This document shows, piece by piece, positions 36,737-46,741 of a DNA stretch of 64,000 nucleotides. Positions within the stretch are counted from its first letter, which is position 1, and each line of letters opens with the position of its first letter. Origin of the DNA: Candidatus Dormiibacterota bacterium (GTDB lineage: Bacteria > Chloroflexota > Dormibacteria > Aeolococcales > Bog-877); NCBI GenBank assembly GCA_035531555.1, contig DATKSR010000053.1, forward strand, positions 6,497-70,496. Direction: 5' to 3'. The position numbers and the translations under genes are program-made. Under the pieces are notes generated by a model. That model was not told the origin of the DNA. It made no database searches and worked only from the letters and a program-made list of their open reading frames with translations.

Positions 36737-38332
36737 ATGACCACCACCGCCCTCCCGCGCTCGAGTCCTGGCGGGCCGGAACTGGGCCTGGCGGCCGGTA
36801 CCGACACCATCTTGGTCCTCGACTTCGGCTCGCAGTACACCCAGCTGATCGCCAGGAGGATCCGGGAGCTCAACGTCTACTGCGAGCTGATCGCGGGCAC
36901 CGCCCCCGCCAGCGAGATCGCCCGCCGCCACCCGAGGGGTCTGATCCTTAGCGGCGGTCCCTCCAGCGTCTACGACGAAGGCGCCCTCCACCCGGATCCG
37001 GGTATCTATCAGATGGGAGTCCCCATCCTGGGGATCTGCTACGGGATGCAACTGTTGGCCAGCGACCTCGGCGGCCGGGTCAAGCCTTCTCAGCGGCGGG
37101 AGTACGGTCTCGCCTCGGTGGTGGTCGACAGTGAGGACGGGGTTTTCTTGGGGCTGCCCACCGAGATGTCGGTCTGGATGAGCCATGGCGACGTCATCGA
37201 GGAACTGCCGCCCGGTTTCCGCCCGGTGGCCCACACCGTCAACAGCCCGGTGGCGGCCATGTCCGGACCGGGCGGTCGGATCGGCATCCAGTTCCATCCA
37301 GAAGTGGCCCACACCCCGCAAGGCATGGAGATGCTGCGCAACTTCCTCTACGGCACCTGTGGCTGCAGCGGGAGCTGGGCCGCCGAGAGCTTCGTGGAGC
37401 AGGCAGTCCAGGAGATCCGCCAGAGGGTCGGCGGAGAGCAGGTCATCTGCGCTCTCTCAGGGGGGGTCGACTCGGCCGTGGCGGCCACCTTGGTTCACCG
37501 GGCGGTCGGCGACCAGCTGACCTGCGTCTTTGTCGACAACGGGCTGCTACGTCGGGGCGAGGGTGACCGGGTCATCGAGGCGCTGGGCCGAAGCATGCGG
37601 ATGAAGATCCTGAGGGTGGATGCGGAGGACCGGTTCCTGCACGCCCTCCAAGGGGTCATCGACCCCGAGGAGAAGCGGAGGATCGTCGGTCGCGAGTTCA
37701 TCACGGCCTTCGAGGAGGAGACGAGAAGGCTGGGCGGGGTGCCCTTCCTGGCTCAGGGAACGCTCTATCCGGATGTGATCGAGAGCACCGCTCCCGACAC
37801 CTTCGGGGCCCACAAGATCAAGACCCATCACAACGTGGGGGGCCTGCCCGAGGGCATGCGCTTCTCGCTGGTCGAGCCGCTCCGCTACCTTTTCAAGGAC
37901 GAGGTGCGGCGGGTGGGCCGCGCGCTCGGGATGCCGGACGACGTGATCCAGCGGCAGCCCTTCCCGGGACCGGGGCTGGCGATCAGGATCATCGGGGAGG
38001 TGACCAGAGAGCGGCTGGAGACGGTCAGGAGCGCTGACTGGGTGGTCATCGACGAGATCAAGCGCAGCGGCCTCTACCACCGCGTTTGGCAGAGCTTCGC
38101 CATCCTGACCCCGATCAGCAGCGTGGGGGTCATGGGTGACTTCCGCACCTATGCCAACGTGGTGGCGGTGCGGATAGTCCAGTCCGACGACGGCATGACC
38201 GCCGATTGGGCCCGGGTCCCCTACGACGTGCTCTCCGACATCAGCCGGCGGATCGTGAACGAGGTCCCCGGGGTGAACCGGGTGGTCTACGACATCAGCA
38301 GCAAGCCGCCGTCGACCATCGAGTGGGAGTGA
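36737..38332 (+). CDS. guaA: GMP synthase (glutamine-hydrolysing)
   Basis: GATase Cys motif ICYGMQLL, the PP-loop SGGVDSAV, and the C-terminal dimerisation domain ending PPSTIEWE. Confidence 0.95.
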   Translation: MTTTALPRSSPGGPELGLAAGTDTILVLDFGSQYTQLIARRIRELNVYCELIAGTAPASEIARRHPRGLILSGGPSSVYDEGALHPDPGIYQMGVPILGICYGMQLLASDLGGRVKPSQRREYGLASVVVDSEDGVFLGLPTEMSVWMSHGDVIEELPPGFRPVAHTVNSPVAAMSGPGGRIGIQFHPEVAHTPQGMEMLRNFLYGTCGCSGSWAAESFVEQAVQEIRQRVGGEQVICALSGGVDSAVAATLVHRAVGDQLTCVFVDNGLLRRGEGDRVIEALGRSMRMKILRVDAEDRFLHALQGVIDPEEKRRIVGREFITAFEEETRRLGGVPFLAQGTLYPDVIESTAPDTFGAHKIKTHHNVGGLPEGMRFSLVEPLRYLFKDEVRRVGRALGMPDDVIQRQPFPGPGLAIRIIGEVTRERLETVRSADWVVIDEIKRSGLYHRVWQSFAILTPISSVGVMGDFRTYANVVAVRIVQSDDGMTADWARVPYDVLSDISRRIVNEVPGVNRVVYDISSKPPSTIEWE

Positions 38333-39612
38333 TCCCGGCCCCAGATCATCGGACACTGCAGGTGCTAGTGGTGGGTGGGGGCGGCCGGGAACACGCGCTG
38401 GCCTGGGCCTGTGGGCGAAGTCCTCTGGTGGAGCGGGTCATCTGCTCCCCGGGCAACGCTGGCACCCTTTTGATCGGAGAGAACCGGGCCGTGGCGGCGA
38501 CCGATGCCCCGGCACTGGTTGCCTTGGCCCGGGCCGAGGGCGTCGACTTGGTTGTGCTCGGCCCTGATGCCGCTGTCGCGGCCGGGGTCGGAGACGCGGC
38601 GGAGGCGGCGGGAATTCGCTGCTTCGGCCCGGGTCGAGAGGCGGGACAGCTGGAGAGCAGCAAGATCTTCGCCAAGCAGGTGATGAGGCGGGCGTCGGTC
38701 ACCACCCCCGCCTTCGCCGCCTTCGCTGACCCCGAGCTGGCGCTCGCGCACGTGCACCAGCGGGGCGCTCCGGTGGTGGTCAAGGCGGACGGGCTGGCCC
38801 TGGGCAAGGGCGCCTTCGTGTGCCGCACCGAGGAGGAAGCCCGTGAGGCAGTGGAGCTGTTGCTGCTGCGCCGGGAACTGGGGGCGGCCGGTGCCAGAGT
38901 TCTGATCGAGGACTGCCTGGAGGGCGAGGAGGCCTCGTTCTTCGCCATCTGCGACGGGGTCTCCGCGGTGATGCTGCCCCCGGCGCGGGACTACAAGCGC
39001 GCTTTCGATCACGACCAGGGTGGCAACACCGGGGGCATGGGGAGTTACGCTCCGGCCCCTGACCAAGGGTGGCGAGCGCTGAACCAGAGGGTTCGAAAGG
39101 AGGTGGTCGAGCCCACGCTCAGGGAGATGGCCCGCCGGGGAACGCCCTACCGGGGCTGCCTCTACGTGGGGGCGATGCTGGTCGACGGGGCGATCCAGGT
39201 CCTGGAGTTCAACGCCCGCTTGGGAGATCCCGAGACGGAGGTTCAACTCCCCCTGCTTCCGGATCCCGTTCCACTGATGTGGCAGAGTGCTGGGGGCCAG
39301 CTCAGCGCGTCTGATCCGGAGCCTCGGGCGGGAGCCTGCGTCGGCGTGGTGGCCGTCCGGGAACCGTACCCGGCGGCGGTCACTGCAGGTGGGCAGGTAA
39401 GCGGCATCGACGCGGCCGAGGAGATGGGTTGTCTGGTATTTCAGATGGGGACACGTCCGGGTCCGGGCGGTTCGGTGGAGGTCGCCGGTGGACGAGTGCT
39501 GATCTGCACTGCCGTCGGCAAGGACGTGACGAGCGCTCGCCTCGGGGCATACTCGGGGCTGGCGGCGATTAGCTTTCCGGGGATGCGGTACCGTCAGGAC
39601 ATCGGAGCCTGA
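38329..39612 (+). CDS. purD: Phosphoribosylamine--glycine ligase
   Basis: [15 protein letters not shown], with the ATP-grasp core. The GTG at 38329 overlaps the guaA stop (GTGA). Confidence 0.9.
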   Translation: MIPAPDHRTLQVLVVGGGGREHALAWACGRSPLVERVICSPGNAGTLLIGENRAVAATDAPALVALARAEGVDLVVLGPDAAVAAGVGDAAEAAGIRCFGPGREAGQLESSKIFAKQVMRRASVTTPAFAAFADPELALAHVHQRGAPVVVKADGLALGKGAFVCRTEEEAREAVELLLLRRELGAAGARVLIEDCLEGEEASFFAICDGVSAVMLPPARDYKRAFDHDQGGNTGGMGSYAPAPDQGWRALNQRVRKEVVEPTLREMARRGTPYRGCLYVGAMLVDGAIQVLEFNARLGDPETEVQLPLLPDPVPLMWQSAGGQLSASDPEPRAGACVGVVAVREPYPAAVTAGGQVSGIDAAEEMGCLVFQMGTRPGPGGSVEVAGGRVLICTAVGKDVTSARLGAYSGLAAISFPGMRYRQDIGA

Positions 39613-39671
39613 TCGAGGCTCCCACCGGTAGCCGCCCCGGATGCCGCGGCCGGACTCAAATCACTTTCGAG

Positions 39672-40058
39672 GTGGGCCCCTTGGCCGACGCCATCCCCTC
39701 CGCCGACGCGACCGGCTTCGACCTGCAGCGGGCTCGCCAACTGCTCCAAGCCAAGCTGAGCCAGTTGGCCGCCGAAGAGTCGTCCCTCGCGGTGGCGGCC
39801 CCCGAGCCAGGCACCCAAGTGCAGTACGGCAAGCGCGCCGGCGATCACGTCGCCGAGGCGGCGGACCGGATGGCCCGCTCGCGGACCGCGGGCGAACTGG
39901 AGAAGCTGGGAGAGGAGGTCAGAGCCGCGGTTGCCAAGGTGGATGCCGGCACCTACGCTCGCTGCGACGATTGCGCCGAGCCGATCCCCGCGGCTCGATT
40001 GGAAGCGCTGCCGTGGGCCACCCGGTGCGTCGACTGCCAGTCGCGGTCGCGGCACTAG
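39672..40058 (+). CDS. DksA/TraR-family C4 zinc-finger protein
   Basis: C-terminal CDDCAEPIPAARLEALPWATRCVDC four-Cys zinc finger, preceded by a helical region. Confidence 0.75.
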   Translation: MGPLADAIPSADATGFDLQRARQLLQAKLSQLAAEESSLAVAAPEPGTQVQYGKRAGDHVAEAADRMARSRTAGELEKLGEEVRAAVAKVDAGTYARCDDCAEPIPAARLEALPWATRCVDCQSRSRH

Positions 40059-40078
40059 GCTCGGTCGGCAAAGGTCGG

Positions 40079-40959
40079 ATGGTGAGCGCACCGACCCCTA
40101 CGGTCGGCCTGCTTCACCCCGGCGAGATGGGGCGGCGGTGGGGGCGGCACTAATCGCCAGCGGTGTCCCGGTGCTGTGGGTCGGCCAAGGTCGCACCCAG
40201 GGCACCCGACAGCGCGCCATCGCGGCCGGACTCACCGAGGCGGGATCCCTCCCCGAGCTGCTTCGAGCCAGCTCGGTGATCCTCTCCATCTGCCCACCGG
40301 AGGCAGCCCGCCAGGTAGCCCAGCAGGTCGCGGCCGGCAACTTCCAGGGTGTGTACGTCGACGCCAACGCCATCTCTCCCCAGACTGCGCGGATGATCGA
40401 AAGGCTCACCCGGGAGAGTGGAATCGAATTCGTCGACGCCGGAATCATCGGGGGCCCACCGGGACCGGACGAGGCGCGGCTCTACCTTTCTGGAGAAGGT
40501 GCCGCGGGAATCGCGCTGCTGTTCGCCGGCGCTGACCGCCTCACCACCACGGTGCTGGAGGGACCGACCGGCGCGGCCTCCGCGCTGAAGATGTGCTACG
40601 CGGCGTGGACCAAGGGCAGCACGGCTTTGCTGCTAGCCGCCCTGGCGGCGGCCGATGCTCTGGGGGTCGATAGGGCGCTCCGTGAGGAGTGGATGGTGTC
40701 ACAACCCGAGCTAGCCGCGCGGCTGAAGCGGAGTGTCAACTCGACCCCGCGCAAGGCCTGGCGGTTCGTGGTCGAGATGGAGCAGATCGCCGACACCCTG
40801 GAGGCCGTCGAGGTCCCCGGAGGGTTTCACCGGGCGGCGGCTGAGCTCTACTCCCGTCTTGCCCGATTTCAGGACCAGACGCCCGGACCGTCCCTGGAGG
40901 AGCTGCTGCAGGCGGCGAGGCACCAAGATTCGAAGGCCGCCATCGGGGATGCGAATTAA
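40079..40959 (+). pseudogene. NAD(P)-binding dehydrogenase (6-phosphogluconate dehydrogenase-like N-domain), reading frame broken in a G-run
   Basis: The N-terminus MVSAPTPTVGLLHPGEMG (dinucleotide-binding glycine motif) is in one frame. The continuation AAVGAALIASGVPVLWV... is in the frame of ORF 39931..40959. Total length is 3n+2. One extra G at 40129-40132 would restore it. Confidence 0.6.
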
Positions 40960-41050
40960 CTGACCTTCGACCAGGGGAGTTCACAGAGCCGGCTCGCCTG
41001 AGCGGCAGAATTCGCGCCGCGGGCACCCCTCCCGTTACCCTTGGCAGTTC

Positions 41051-42910
41051 ATGGCCCCGATCGGATTGATCGAGAGCTGCCTACGTCACGGGCAGCAGAC
41101 TTTGCTCTTGAGCCGAGTCCGGACCCGGCACCTTCTCTCCCTTCTCGAAAGGCTGGATGGGTGCGGGTACGCCGGGTTGGACGTCTTCGGCGGCGCCACC
41201 TTCGAGGTGTCGCTGGAGCACTTGGGGGAGGACCCCTTCGAGCGACTGAGGGCCATCCGGGCCGGCACCAAGGTCCCGCTCGTGGGGCTGATCAGAGGCC
41301 AGTCTCTAGTTGGATATCGGCCGCTCCCCGACGATGCGGTCGACAGCTTCGTGGCCCTGACCGCGGAGTGCGGACTGGACGTCTTCCGCTGTTTCGATCC
41401 GCTCAACGATGCGCGCAACCTGGCCCACGTCGCCGAGGCGGTTCTGGCAGCCGGCAAGCATCCCGAGGGGACCCTGGTCTACACCGAGAGCCCGGTTCAC
41501 ACGGTGGAGAGCTTCCTGACCCTGGGGGTGGAACTGGCTGGGCTCGGGTACCAGAGCCTCTGCCTGTTTGATCCGGCCGGCCTCCTGGGGGCCGGGTCGG
41601 CCCGGGCGCTGGTGGAGGGACTGCGCGAGCACACCAAGCTGCCGGTCAGCGTCCATTGCGCCACCATCACCGGCCAGGCCTCCTTCGCGTATCTGGCGGC
41701 GGCCGAGGCGGGTGCCCAGAACCTCGATGTCTGCCTCTCGCCGCTGGCGGGAGGCGCCTCTTTGCCCAGCACCGAGGGGGTCTATGCCGCCCTCAGTGGC
41801 ACCGACCTGCAGCCCCGACTGCATGAGGCCCGGGTCCTGGCGGCTGCCGATGCGCTCGACGAGCTGATGCCTCTCTACGAGGCCATCGCCGACCCGAGTG
41901 GTTGGCAGTACGACTCTTCGACCCTCCGGACGCAGCTGGCGCCGTCGGTACTGGAGCACCTGCGCCGCGAGTGCGAGACTCAAGGTGCCCAGGGCAAGCT
42001 GCCCGCGGTACTGGAGGAGATCCCCCGAGTCAGGGCTGAGATGGGCTACCCGCCGCTGATCACCCCGATCGCCCAGGTGGTGGTCACCCAGGCAGTCGCC
42101 AACGTCGCCTCCGGACAGCGTTACCTGACAGTCGCCCAGGAGGTGAAGGACTACTTCCTGGGGCTCTTCGGACAGCCACCAGGCGCGGTGGATCCCGAGA
42201 TCCAAAAACTGGTGATCGGGGAAGAGGAGCCGATCACCGTCCGGCCCGCCGAGGTGCTGGAACCGGTCATCGAGGGCACCCGCCGGACGCTGGCGCGGCA
42301 GGGTTGGACCACACCGTCCGACTCCCAGCTGCTGAGCTTCCTGCTCTTCCCCGAGGCGACCAGTGCGCTGCTTCGGGGGGAGGCCCGGGTGGAGCGGCTG
42401 GAGGACGAGCCGGATCCCGCGCCTCCGCCTGCCGCCCCGGCGGCTGTGGTGGACGGCGGGGACCTCAGCGAGCCGATCGGGGATGCCGCTGCAATTCCGT
42501 TTTCGCCACTACCGTCGGCGCCCACGCCCCCCTCACCTCCGGAGCCGGCGCCAGCCGCAGCTCCCGCCGCCTCAGCTAGGGAGTTCTCCGTCGAGGTCGA
42601 CGGCGAGGTCTTCGAGGTGCGGGTTACCGCTACCGACGGAGGCGGCTTGGGCGGAGGGGCTTCGAGTGCGGCGGGAGGATCGGCGCCCGCGCCGGCGAGT
42701 GACGGCGTCAAGGCACCGATGCAGGGCCTGATCGCCCGGATTCCGGTGAAGGTTGGCGACCAGGTGACGGTGGGTCAGACGGTGGTCGTGCTGGAGGCGA
42801 TGAAAATGCAGAACGACATTCCCTCCGATCGGGCTGGCGGCGTGACCGCGGTGCTGGTTGCCGTCGGGCAGGTCGTGAGCCGTGGCGACGTTCTAGTCCA
42901 GGTCGCCTAG
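41051..42910 (+). CDS. OadA/PycB-like carboxyltransferase fused to a biotinyl (BCCP) domain, with a non-canonical metal site
   Basis: Conserved 5S/OadA blocks (FGGATFE, IRGQSLVGY, VFRCFDPLND) and a C-terminal EAMKM biotinylation motif. The residues aligned to the canonical Asp, Lys and second His metal ligands are His, Phe and Ala. Confidence 0.8.
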   Translation: MAPIGLIESCLRHGQQTLLLSRVRTRHLLSLLERLDGCGYAGLDVFGGATFEVSLEHLGEDPFERLRAIRAGTKVPLVGLIRGQSLVGYRPLPDDAVDSFVALTAECGLDVFRCFDPLNDARNLAHVAEAVLAAGKHPEGTLVYTESPVHTVESFLTLGVELAGLGYQSLCLFDPAGLLGAGSARALVEGLREHTKLPVSVHCATITGQASFAYLAAAEAGAQNLDVCLSPLAGGASLPSTEGVYAALSGTDLQPRLHEARVLAAADALDELMPLYEAIADPSGWQYDSSTLRTQLAPSVLEHLRRECETQGAQGKLPAVLEEIPRVRAEMGYPPLITPIAQVVVTQAVANVASGQRYLTVAQEVKDYFLGLFGQPPGAVDPEIQKLVIGEEEPITVRPAEVLEPVIEGTRRTLARQGWTTPSDSQLLSFLLFPEATSALLRGEARVERLEDEPDPAPPPAAPAAVVDGGDLSEPIGDAAAIPFSPLPSAPTPPSPPEPAPAAAPAASAREFSVEVDGEVFEVRVTATDGGGLGGGASSAAGGSAPAPASDGVKAPMQGLIARIPVKVGDQVTVGQTVVVLEAMKMQNDIPSDRAGGVTAVLVAVGQVVSRGDVLVQVA

Positions 42911-42916
42911 ACCAAG

Positions 42917-44368
42917 TTGAGCCCCTTCGGTACCGTTCTGGTGGCCAACCGGGGCGAGATCGCAGTGCGGGTGATCAGGGGGTGCCGCGACCTCGGGCTC
43001 CGCTCGGTCGCCGTGTACTCCGAGGCGGATCGGGGAGCGCTCCACGTTCGGCTGGCCGACGCGGCGATGGAGATTGGGCCCGCCTCCCCAACCGAGTCCT
43101 ACCTGAATCTGGACCGGATCCTGGGGGCCGCCAAGGACTCGGGAGCGGACGCCATTCACCCCGGTTACGGCTTCCTCTCCGAGAATCCCCTGCTGGCTGA
43201 GGCCTGTGCCGCCGCCGGGATCACCTTCATCGGACCGCCCCCGGCGGCGATGGTGGCCATGGGAGACAAGGTGCGCGCTCGTCAGCGGATGCAGCAGGCG
43301 GGTGTGCCGGTGGTCCCTGGCACGGATGCCATCTCCGACGAATCGGCGGCTCTCGTGGCCGCCCGAGAGATCGGATTTCCCGTCCTGGTCAAGGCATCCG
43401 CCGGGGGCGGGGGCATCGGCATGCGCGCTGCCCAGAACGAGGAGGAACTCAGGGCCGCCATCACCAGTTGCCAGGAAGCCGCGCAGCGCTTTTTCGGGGA
43501 TCCTCGCGTATTCCTAGAGCGCCTGGTGACCGACCCGCGCCACATCGAGATCCAGGTGCTGGCTGACTCGCTGGGCAACACGATTCATCTGGGGGAGCGC
43601 GAGTGCTCGATCCAGCGGCGCCATCAAAAGCTGGTCGAGGAGTGCCCTTCAACCGCCATCAGCCGCGAGACTCGAGAAGAGATGGGCCAGGCGGCGATCA
43701 AGGCGGCCCAGGCGGTGGGCTACGTGAACGCGGGCACGGTGGAGTTCATCGAGTCACACGGTTCTTTCTATTTCCTGGAGATGAACACCCGGCTGCAGGT
43801 GGAGCACCCGGTGACTGAGTTGGTCACCGGAACCGACCTGGTGGTGGCTCAGCTCAAGGTGGCGATGGGAGAGCCATTGCCGTGGCGTCAGGAGCAGATC
43901 GAATTTCGCGGATGGGCGATCGAATGCCGAATCAACGCGGAGGACCCTTGGCATGAATTCCAACCCACTCCGGGAAGGGTTACGTCATATCACGAACCAT
44001 CAGGACCGGGTGTAAGGGTCGACAGCTCGCTGGCAGGCCCGGGAAATGTGAGTCCGTTCTACGATCCCATGATGGCCAAACTCATCGTCTACGGCGAGAG
44101 TCGGGACCACGCGATCGCACGCATGCGACGAGCATTGTTCGAGTATTTAATTGGCGGAATCATCACCAACATTCCATTTCATGCGGCGCTCCTCGACGAC
44201 GCGGACTTCCTTGAGGGCAAGCTCACGACCGAGTACATCGCCAACCACCCGGGGCTGCTGCCCCGCGCCGAGAAGTGGCGCGATGATCAGCCGCAGAATC
44301 TCAAACAACTGTCGTCACAGGCCCGCCAGGTGGCCGCACTAGCAGCTGCCATCACCGCAGCGCAGTAG
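42917..44368 (+). CDS. Biotin carboxylase subunit (AccC/PycA-like)
   Basis: VLVANRGEIAVRVIR, GYGFLSENP, KASAGGGGIGMR, ECSIQRRHQKLVEE and EMNTRLQVEHPVTE. All the usual biotin carboxylase motifs are present. Confidence 0.9.
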   Translation: MSPFGTVLVANRGEIAVRVIRGCRDLGLRSVAVYSEADRGALHVRLADAAMEIGPASPTESYLNLDRILGAAKDSGADAIHPGYGFLSENPLLAEACAAAGITFIGPPPAAMVAMGDKVRARQRMQQAGVPVVPGTDAISDESAALVAAREIGFPVLVKASAGGGGIGMRAAQNEEELRAAITSCQEAAQRFFGDPRVFLERLVTDPRHIEIQVLADSLGNTIHLGERECSIQRRHQKLVEECPSTAISRETREEMGQAAIKAAQAVGYVNAGTVEFIESHGSFYFLEMNTRLQVEHPVTELVTGTDLVVAQLKVAMGEPLPWRQEQIEFRGWAIECRINAEDPWHEFQPTPGRVTSYHEPSGPGVRVDSSLAGPGNVSPFYDPMMAKLIVYGESRDHAIARMRRALFEYLIGGIITNIPFHAALLDDADFLEGKLTTEYIANHPGLLPRAEKWRDDQPQNLKQLSSQARQVAALAAAITAAQ

Positions 44369-44380
44369 GCGCACAACGCT

Positions 44381-44397
44381 CGCGGCAGCCCGCCGCG
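44381..44397. terminator. Small hairpin in the convergent spacer
   Basis: CGCGGC / GCCGCG 6-bp stem with a 5-nt loop, between the biotin carboxylase and the anti-sigma-like gene. No T-tract. Confidence 0.3.
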
Positions 44398-44404
44398 ATG
44401 CGGG

Positions 44405-46741
44405 TCAGCCAGCAGTCGCTGGCTGAGGCTGCAACACCACTTGGTAGGCATTCTGAATCGGAGTGTTGTCAATGTCAGCGAGGGGTGATGCCACGGTCAG
44501 AGTCACCGCCCCCGCGGACAGGGCGTTGACGGTGACGGTTTCCGTTCGTGTCAACGCCGAGTAGTCGAACTGTGCACCCGAAACGACGTGACCACCGACG
44601 CTCAGCGTGATCGATTGCGATCCCACCGTCAGGGGATTGAGGTCGGAGTCAAAGTGGATCGCAAACACGGTCGTGCCGCTGTGGGTGGTGGTCGCCGAAA
44701 CGCTCATCACCAGCGGGCCTGTTGGCACCGGCGTGAGTACTCCGGGCGAGATATATGTGATTCGCGGAGAAGCTCCCGCCGTCTGCACCGTGACCGTTTC
44801 CGGCAGGAACGCAGGACCGACTGAACTAGTGGCGTCGCGCATCAGACGCAGGCTCACGCTGTAAGAGGTCGAGCCGACTGAGGTCGCGGTGGTGGATAGG
44901 GCGTAGAAGCGGTCGAATTTGCCCGGCAGCAGCACCGACTGGGAGAAGCCGGTTCCCGGCGCCAGCAGAGCGGCAATCTCGGCCGCGGCGGCGGGTCCGG
45001 CGGTGACCTGCAGATGGGCCAGACTGGAGGCGGTCGCGAGGGCGGAATCCGCCGCGGTGTCACCGATGGCCGGCCCCTGGGGTCCACCTGACAACAGCAG
45101 ACTCTCAACGATCTGCGAGGCGGAGCCGGATACGTCGACCAGCGTCGAGAGCTGATCGCCGGTCGGCGCCCAGATGGGGTTGCTTACCCCGTCTAGGTTG
45201 CCGAGGATGCCGCTGACCTTGGACTGGACATCGAGCGCGTTCAGCTGGGACAACTGACCGGGGGCACTGGACACGTACGTCAGGTAGGTGCCGGTGGGGT
45301 CGAAGCTCAGGTCGCTCAGCTGGATCCCCGCGGGCGCCGTGTGCAGTACCGTGCTCTGGGCGCCGAGATCAGAGGTCGACTCCACGGTGTCGGCACCGTC
45401 GCTGGCGGAGATGTAAGCCAGCGCAGCTCCCGTCGCTGCCCAGGCGGGCACTCCGACCAGGCCGCTCAGGGCGGTCGCGGTACCACCGGGAAGTGAGTAA
45501 AGGGTGGGAATCCCGCCGGGAGTGGCGAAGACCGCCTGAGCTGACGGAGAAAGGGTGAAGAAGCCGCTGGGGTCGACCTCAACCTTGGGGTCCACCGTGG
45601 TGACCTGTCCATCCAGGCTGACCTGCCGCAGCTGACCGGCCGCCGCGTAGAGCAGATCGCCGTTGTCCAGCCAGGCTAGACCAGGGTCAGACTCGGCGGA
45701 GGTCGCGAGCGTCTCCGGGGTTCCGCTGCCACTGGCGGCGACCACCTCCAGCTCGAGGTTCCCGTCGCTCCCTGGCGTCCAGTAGGCAATCTCCTGGCTG
45801 TCCGGGGAGCCGACCGCCCCCTCGGCATCGGTAGCGACCGGCTGCAGCGAGGGGCTCAGCACATACAAAGTCCCGAAGGAAAGTCCGGCGAATGCGGGAG
45901 TGGTCGACGCAGCCGTCGGGGAGGGGCTCGGGCCAGGGGACTGCGCGCTCGACGGCACCGCCACCGGCGTCCCAGAGCTCAGCACCAAGAGCGCCCCATC
46001 GGGCATGGAGCTGAGCAAGGTGACCCCTTCGGTAGCGGCGACGTGGGTCACCGACACGACCGTCGGGATCTGGCCCTGGCGGGTGGATGGTACTGACCCA
46101 GTACCGAAGGGGATGACGATATCCGTCGGCGCCACCGCCCCGTTCTGGGCCTTGGCGTCTGGTTGAGGGATGGTCACGACGTAGCCAACGTTGGGGGCCA
46201 ACCCGTGCGCCGGTGAGATCACCAAGGTTTTCGGATTGGGCCAGGTCGCTTGGTAGGAGACTGCGGGCTTGATGGTCAATCCCCGGACCACTGCGGCCTC
46301 GTCCATCGGCCGGTTGAAGCTGATCCGGATTGCCTGGGTCACGGGGAGCTTTTGGTGGCCGGCGATCGGCGCCTTCACCTTCACCTGACCCCGCGCGAGC
46401 GGAATCGCCACCACCGACGCCACCACCACGGCAGCCGCAGCCACCCCGGCGATCCCTAGGGTCGCGAAGAGCGGCAGCGCCAGACTTCGCGGCCTCACCC
46501 GGGACGTTGTGCTCTCCCGAGCCTCCCGCATGAGGTGGGCCCGCAGCCGCGCCTGGAACTCCGGGGAAGGGTCCGGCGCGGGGTGCGCCTTCAGGCGCCG
46601 GCGGATCTCCTCGGCGGCCTGGAGCAGCTCGGGGTCGACGCTTCCCTCACGAACCTGGAAGATCGCCCACATCTCGGGATCGACGTCGTCGGGAGCCGCG
46701 GACTGGGGATGGGACCCGAACCACCAGGAGAACCTAGCCAC
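44405..46741 (-). CDS. Putative anti-sigma factor / single-pass membrane protein with a ~650-aa extracytoplasmic region
   Basis: Its start overlaps the ECF sigma gene stop by 8 nt. Cytoplasmic N-terminus of ~95 aa, then one TM (LALPLFATLGIAGVAAAAVVVASVVAI). The ectodomain has SbsA/Big_5-like Ig segments and a beta-propeller-like Ser/Thr/Gly-rich middle. Confidence 0.65.
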   Translation of the reverse strand: MARFSWWFGSHPQSAAPDDVDPEMWAIFQVREGSVDPELLQAAEEIRRRLKAHPAPDPSPEFQARLRAHLMREARESTTSRVRPRSLALPLFATLGIAGVAAAAVVVASVVAIPLARGQVKVKAPIAGHQKLPVTQAIRISFNRPMDEAAVVRGLTIKPAVSYQATWPNPKTLVISPAHGLAPNVGYVVTIPQPDAKAQNGAVAPTDIVIPFGTGSVPSTRQGQIPTVVSVTHVAATEGVTLLSSMPDGALLVLSSGTPVAVPSSAQSPGPSPSPTAASTTPAFAGLSFGTLYVLSPSLQPVATDAEGAVGSPDSQEIAYWTPGSDGNLELEVVAASGSGTPETLATSAESDPGLAWLDNGDLLYAAAGQLRQVSLDGQVTTVDPKVEVDPSGFFTLSPSAQAVFATPGGIPTLYSLPGGTATALSGLVGVPAWAATGAALAYISASDGADTVESTSDLGAQSTVLHTAPAGIQLSDLSFDPTGTYLTYVSSAPGQLSQLNALDVQSKVSGILGNLDGVSNPIWAPTGDQLSTLVDVSGSASQIVESLLLSGGPQGPAIGDTAADSALATASSLAHLQVTAGPAAAAEIAALLAPGTGFSQSVLLPGKFDRFYALSTTATSVGSTSYSVSLRLMRDATSSVGPAFLPETVTVQTAGASPRITYISPGVLTPVPTGPLVMSVSATTTHSGTTVFAIHFDSDLNPLTVGSQSITLSVGGHVVSGAQFDYSALTRTETVTVNALSAGAVTLTVASPLADIDNTPIQNAYQVVLQPQPATAG

